From NCBI GenBank assembly GCA_964187785.1, contig OZ076409.1, positions 44,704,001 through 44,768,000 on the forward strand: DNA of 64,000 bases, given 5' to 3'. Shown in pieces: positions 60,784-64,000 of this stretch. A program made the translations under genes and the position numbers. The stretch's first letter is position 1, and each line of letters starts with the position of its first letter. The stretch is from Amphiscolops sp. MND2022 (taxonomy: Eukaryota). The notes under the pieces are model-generated. The model had not been told where the DNA came from and made no database searches. It worked only from the letters and a program-made list of their open reading frames with translations.

Positions 60784-63700
60784 CTATTGCAGGTAAATAC
60801 TTTGATAAGCCGAATAAATGTATGTGATAGTACTGGTGTGCAGACTATCTCCATGCCATTAAGTCGTAAGTTTTAGAAAGGGTAGTGCCATAAACTGTAG
60901 AAAGAAACCCATGTATCAGGAAAAGACTGCTGTACCCATAAATTTGTCCAGAAATTGGGAGAAGTGAAATTAACTTATCCAAAATTCAAATAAACGTTTT
61001 CAAAAAAGCTGAAATTTTTGGTTGAAAATGAATTATCTCAGTAATATGACATTTTTGACCTGTGTAACATATACGAAAACATGCCCTAGACACCTAATGA
61101 GGTAACGGTAGATAATTTATGCATGTAACATCAAACGGGGCAACAGTGGATAAAAATTGCCGAAGTCAGTTTTTGGGAATTTTTGCGAACATGAAATTTT
61201 TAAATGAAAATCGAAGTCAAATCAATCTGTAATTTGTCCTCTATTGCTCTGTGGTTCACCATACATAATTGGCTTCCTCCTGAGCTTGATAAAAGGTCGG
61301 ATGAGGTTTCAATTGGCTTTTTTAAACTCTTCTACTCTGTTTACATCGTCATTGCCGGAGAATAATTTTTAGATTTGAGCCATTTTCCACTTAATGGTGG
61401 CATGTTCTCTTCCGCGAGTAGCACTAAGTCACCAATGGCAAATTTCGGTCCTGCTGTGAGCCATTTTTTCCGTATTTGAAGTGTAACAAGATGTCGCTGT
61501 GCCATGATGATCAAAAGGATGATTTGAGCTTTTCCAGTTACTTGAATCTTTGGTTCATTAAATGTCTTTACCCTTGCAGTCTTGCGGGATCTGCTCCATG
61601 TGAGTACAAATGAGAAAATGTGCAGGGGTAAGTGAACGAAGATCATTTGGGTCATTCGACATAGCTGTTATTGGTCTTGAGTTCAAAATGGCTTTTATTT
61701 GTATGATGAAAGTATTGAGTTATTCATAAGAAAACTTCTGTATATCGACTGTTCTTCGTACGTGGCGCTTCATACTTTTAATTGCGGCTTGCCACAGCCC
61801 ACCAAAGTGTGGAGCTCTCGGTAAGATTGTGACCCATTCGATGCCTTTCTGAGAGATGAAGTTTGAAATTGAATCTTTGGTGTTCTCTTTGCTGAATAAT
61901 GATTGCATCTTTAGGAGATCGTTCCTGGCTCAAGTAAATTTGGTTTCATTGTCGCTGAATATTTTCGCTGGTTTTCCTAGTCTACCTGTGAATCGTTTGA
62001 GCGCAGATATGCATGATTCCTTTGTCAAATCTTGTACGATTTCCAAATGAGTTGCTCTGGTAGTGAAACAAACGAAGACTGTGATATATGTTTTGTTGTC
62101 TCGCTTCGTGGCTAATGGTCCTGCTAGATCAATTCCAGTGCTAGTGAAAGGGCGTGATTCGGTGATTGTTTCTGCTCGTAAATCAGCCTTGACTTAAGCT
62201 GGAATTTCGTTTGAGAATCGGCTACATTTACGCATTTCTTCATGATCTTTGTGACGAAACTTTCTCCTATAGGAATTCAATATTCTTCGCTACTGGTATT
62301 CAAAGTGAGCTGCCCCCACCATGAGAGGTAGTTTCATGAAAATATCGTTGTATCAAGCTGGCGAAGTTTGAATTGGCTTTGACTAGAAATGGAAACTTCT
62401 TCTTTTCAAGAAAATTACCTTGCGAAAGTCGTCCTCCGACTCTAATGTTGTGTGTTTCTGTGTCGAAGAATGAACAGAGATTGAGTAATTTGCTTGTTTT
62501 GGGCAATTCCTTTTGTGCTTGTAGAAGGCTGTATTCCTCTTGAAAATGTGTGGTTTTGCGAGAGATGAGAAAATGCAATTTTGCCTGTTGTAGTAGATGT
62601 GACGTGATTTGACTAGGAATTTTGTCTTTGTTGAACCTGGAATTGGCTATTTTGACACTAGCAATCACTCAAAATAGCTTATGCAATATTGAGTAGACAT
62701 TCTCTTTCAAAATTACCCGTGTTACTTTTTTTAGATAGACTCGTGGTAACTGTTTCTGTTTGATTGTCTTCGCATGGCTTTCTGTTTCTTTCTTCTCTCC
62801 AAAGGATTCTATGGAAGTCTTGTGGTTCTTTATTGAGTGCGATCTATCTGTACATTTTTGCAATGTCGGTCGAAAGTGCGACTAGATGAAGTCTGAATTT
62901 TATCAAAATTGAAAAGAGATCCTGTTGAATCATTGGTCCAACCATGAGAGTGTCATTTAGTGAAACACCTGAAGTGGATTTGGCGGAACCATCAAAAACT
63001 ACTCTGATTTTGTTTGTTGTGGAATCTTCTTTGTGGACACAATGATGCGGTAGAAAATTGATTTTTTCTGAGTCAATCTCGTATACCTCTTCAGGAACTT
63101 TCTCTAAATGCTGCAAAGTTATGAATTCATTCACAAAATCTGTTCAATCTTGCTTCAGTTTGTCATTGGCATGAACTCGTCTTTCTAGACTGAGAAATCG
63201 TCTTTTTGCTTGAACGTATTTATCTCCAAGTTTATGAGATTTTTCTTTGAACAGCATTTGAACTGTGAACCTGTTGTCCACTACTTTGGTAGTATCCTTG
63301 AAATGTTTTCCACAATCTATGTTATCTTGTATGAACTTTTCGACGGGTGGAAGTTCTTCTTACTCCCAGAATTTCTTTAGATCGAATGTTTCATTTATGC
63401 AAGGGAGGTTGTGAAGGTTGGACTGTAGCCTTGCGGGTGCTTGCCAGAGGCAACCCAACCAAAAATTGTGTTGTGAAATTTGAGACCATTCGGTTCCTCG
63501 AATTTTCCAACGCGATAAATGAGCCTGTCTTGTTGAAAGTTGGATCGACGAGTTCAACTGTCTTCATATTTAAAAGACCTTCTATGTAAAACGTTCTGCT
63601 GGGAACATTCTACGTTAGCTTGGGCTGGACAAAACCTGTTGTAGAAATCGATTTTACATAATTTTTGGACTTGAGATGCAACCGAACAAGTCTTGAATTG

Positions 63701-64000
63701 TGAGTTTTTGAGATGTCTTCAACTACAATGACTGTCAAATTCCGTTTTTCTCGTTTCATCCCCATTCTTTGAGGTGCTTCTTCACTAATGAAGTTTATTT
63801 CAGAGCCTATGTCAAGTAAAACTCAACAAGTATGAGTGTTGGAGGCGTGATCTTCAATTGTGACTATTGCGGTTGGCAAAACTCCTGCCGAAAGAAATGT
63901 CCTCTAATGCCCCAAAACAACTGAGTTGGACGTCTCCGCGTTTTTGGAGTGGGGTTCAACGTGTGAAAGCGTGTTATGCATGGCTTGGCATTTTTTGCAT

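Larger units (their letters stand above)
59645..64000 (-). mobile_element. BEL/Pao LTR retrotransposon (BEL-3), decayed, continuing beyond the window
   Basis: FLPHHCV...KIRVVFDGSAK...GVSLNDTLMVGP RT; RVGGRL; LPRAPHFGGLWQAAIKSMK integrase; PPT GGTGGGCGGGA followed by a TGTTG LTR. Confidence 0.9.

Overview
AT-rich, transposon-dense eukaryotic (animal) DNA, not prokaryotic. One host gene on the + strand could be reconstructed by hand: 18 in-frame exons, 364..54406, with its 5' end outside the window. It encodes a type I membrane protein: FN3, ten Cys-rich EGF-like modules, SEA, a poly-Thr stalk, a TM helix and a tail ending ERYL*. Its introns are inflated by a decayed BEL/Pao element (with a nested non-autonomous BEL derivative and a shared-LTR tandem remnant), a 15.6-kb Gypsy element with a GTATC target-site duplication, a near-intact CR1/L2-group LINE, tRNA-derived SINEs, Helentron-associated (HINE/DINE-1-like) elements and MITEs. 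A third BEL/Pao element runs off the right end. Most notable: two unrelated LTR retrotransposons each carry an antisense cargo gene between pol and the polypurine tract. The BEL element carries a JmjC 2-oxoglutarate/Fe(II) oxygenase gene (HxD...H intact). The Gypsy element carries a spliced, multi-exon gene that looks derived from a hAT transposase lacking its first catalytic Asp. All homology calls are by-eye motif recognition, not database searches.
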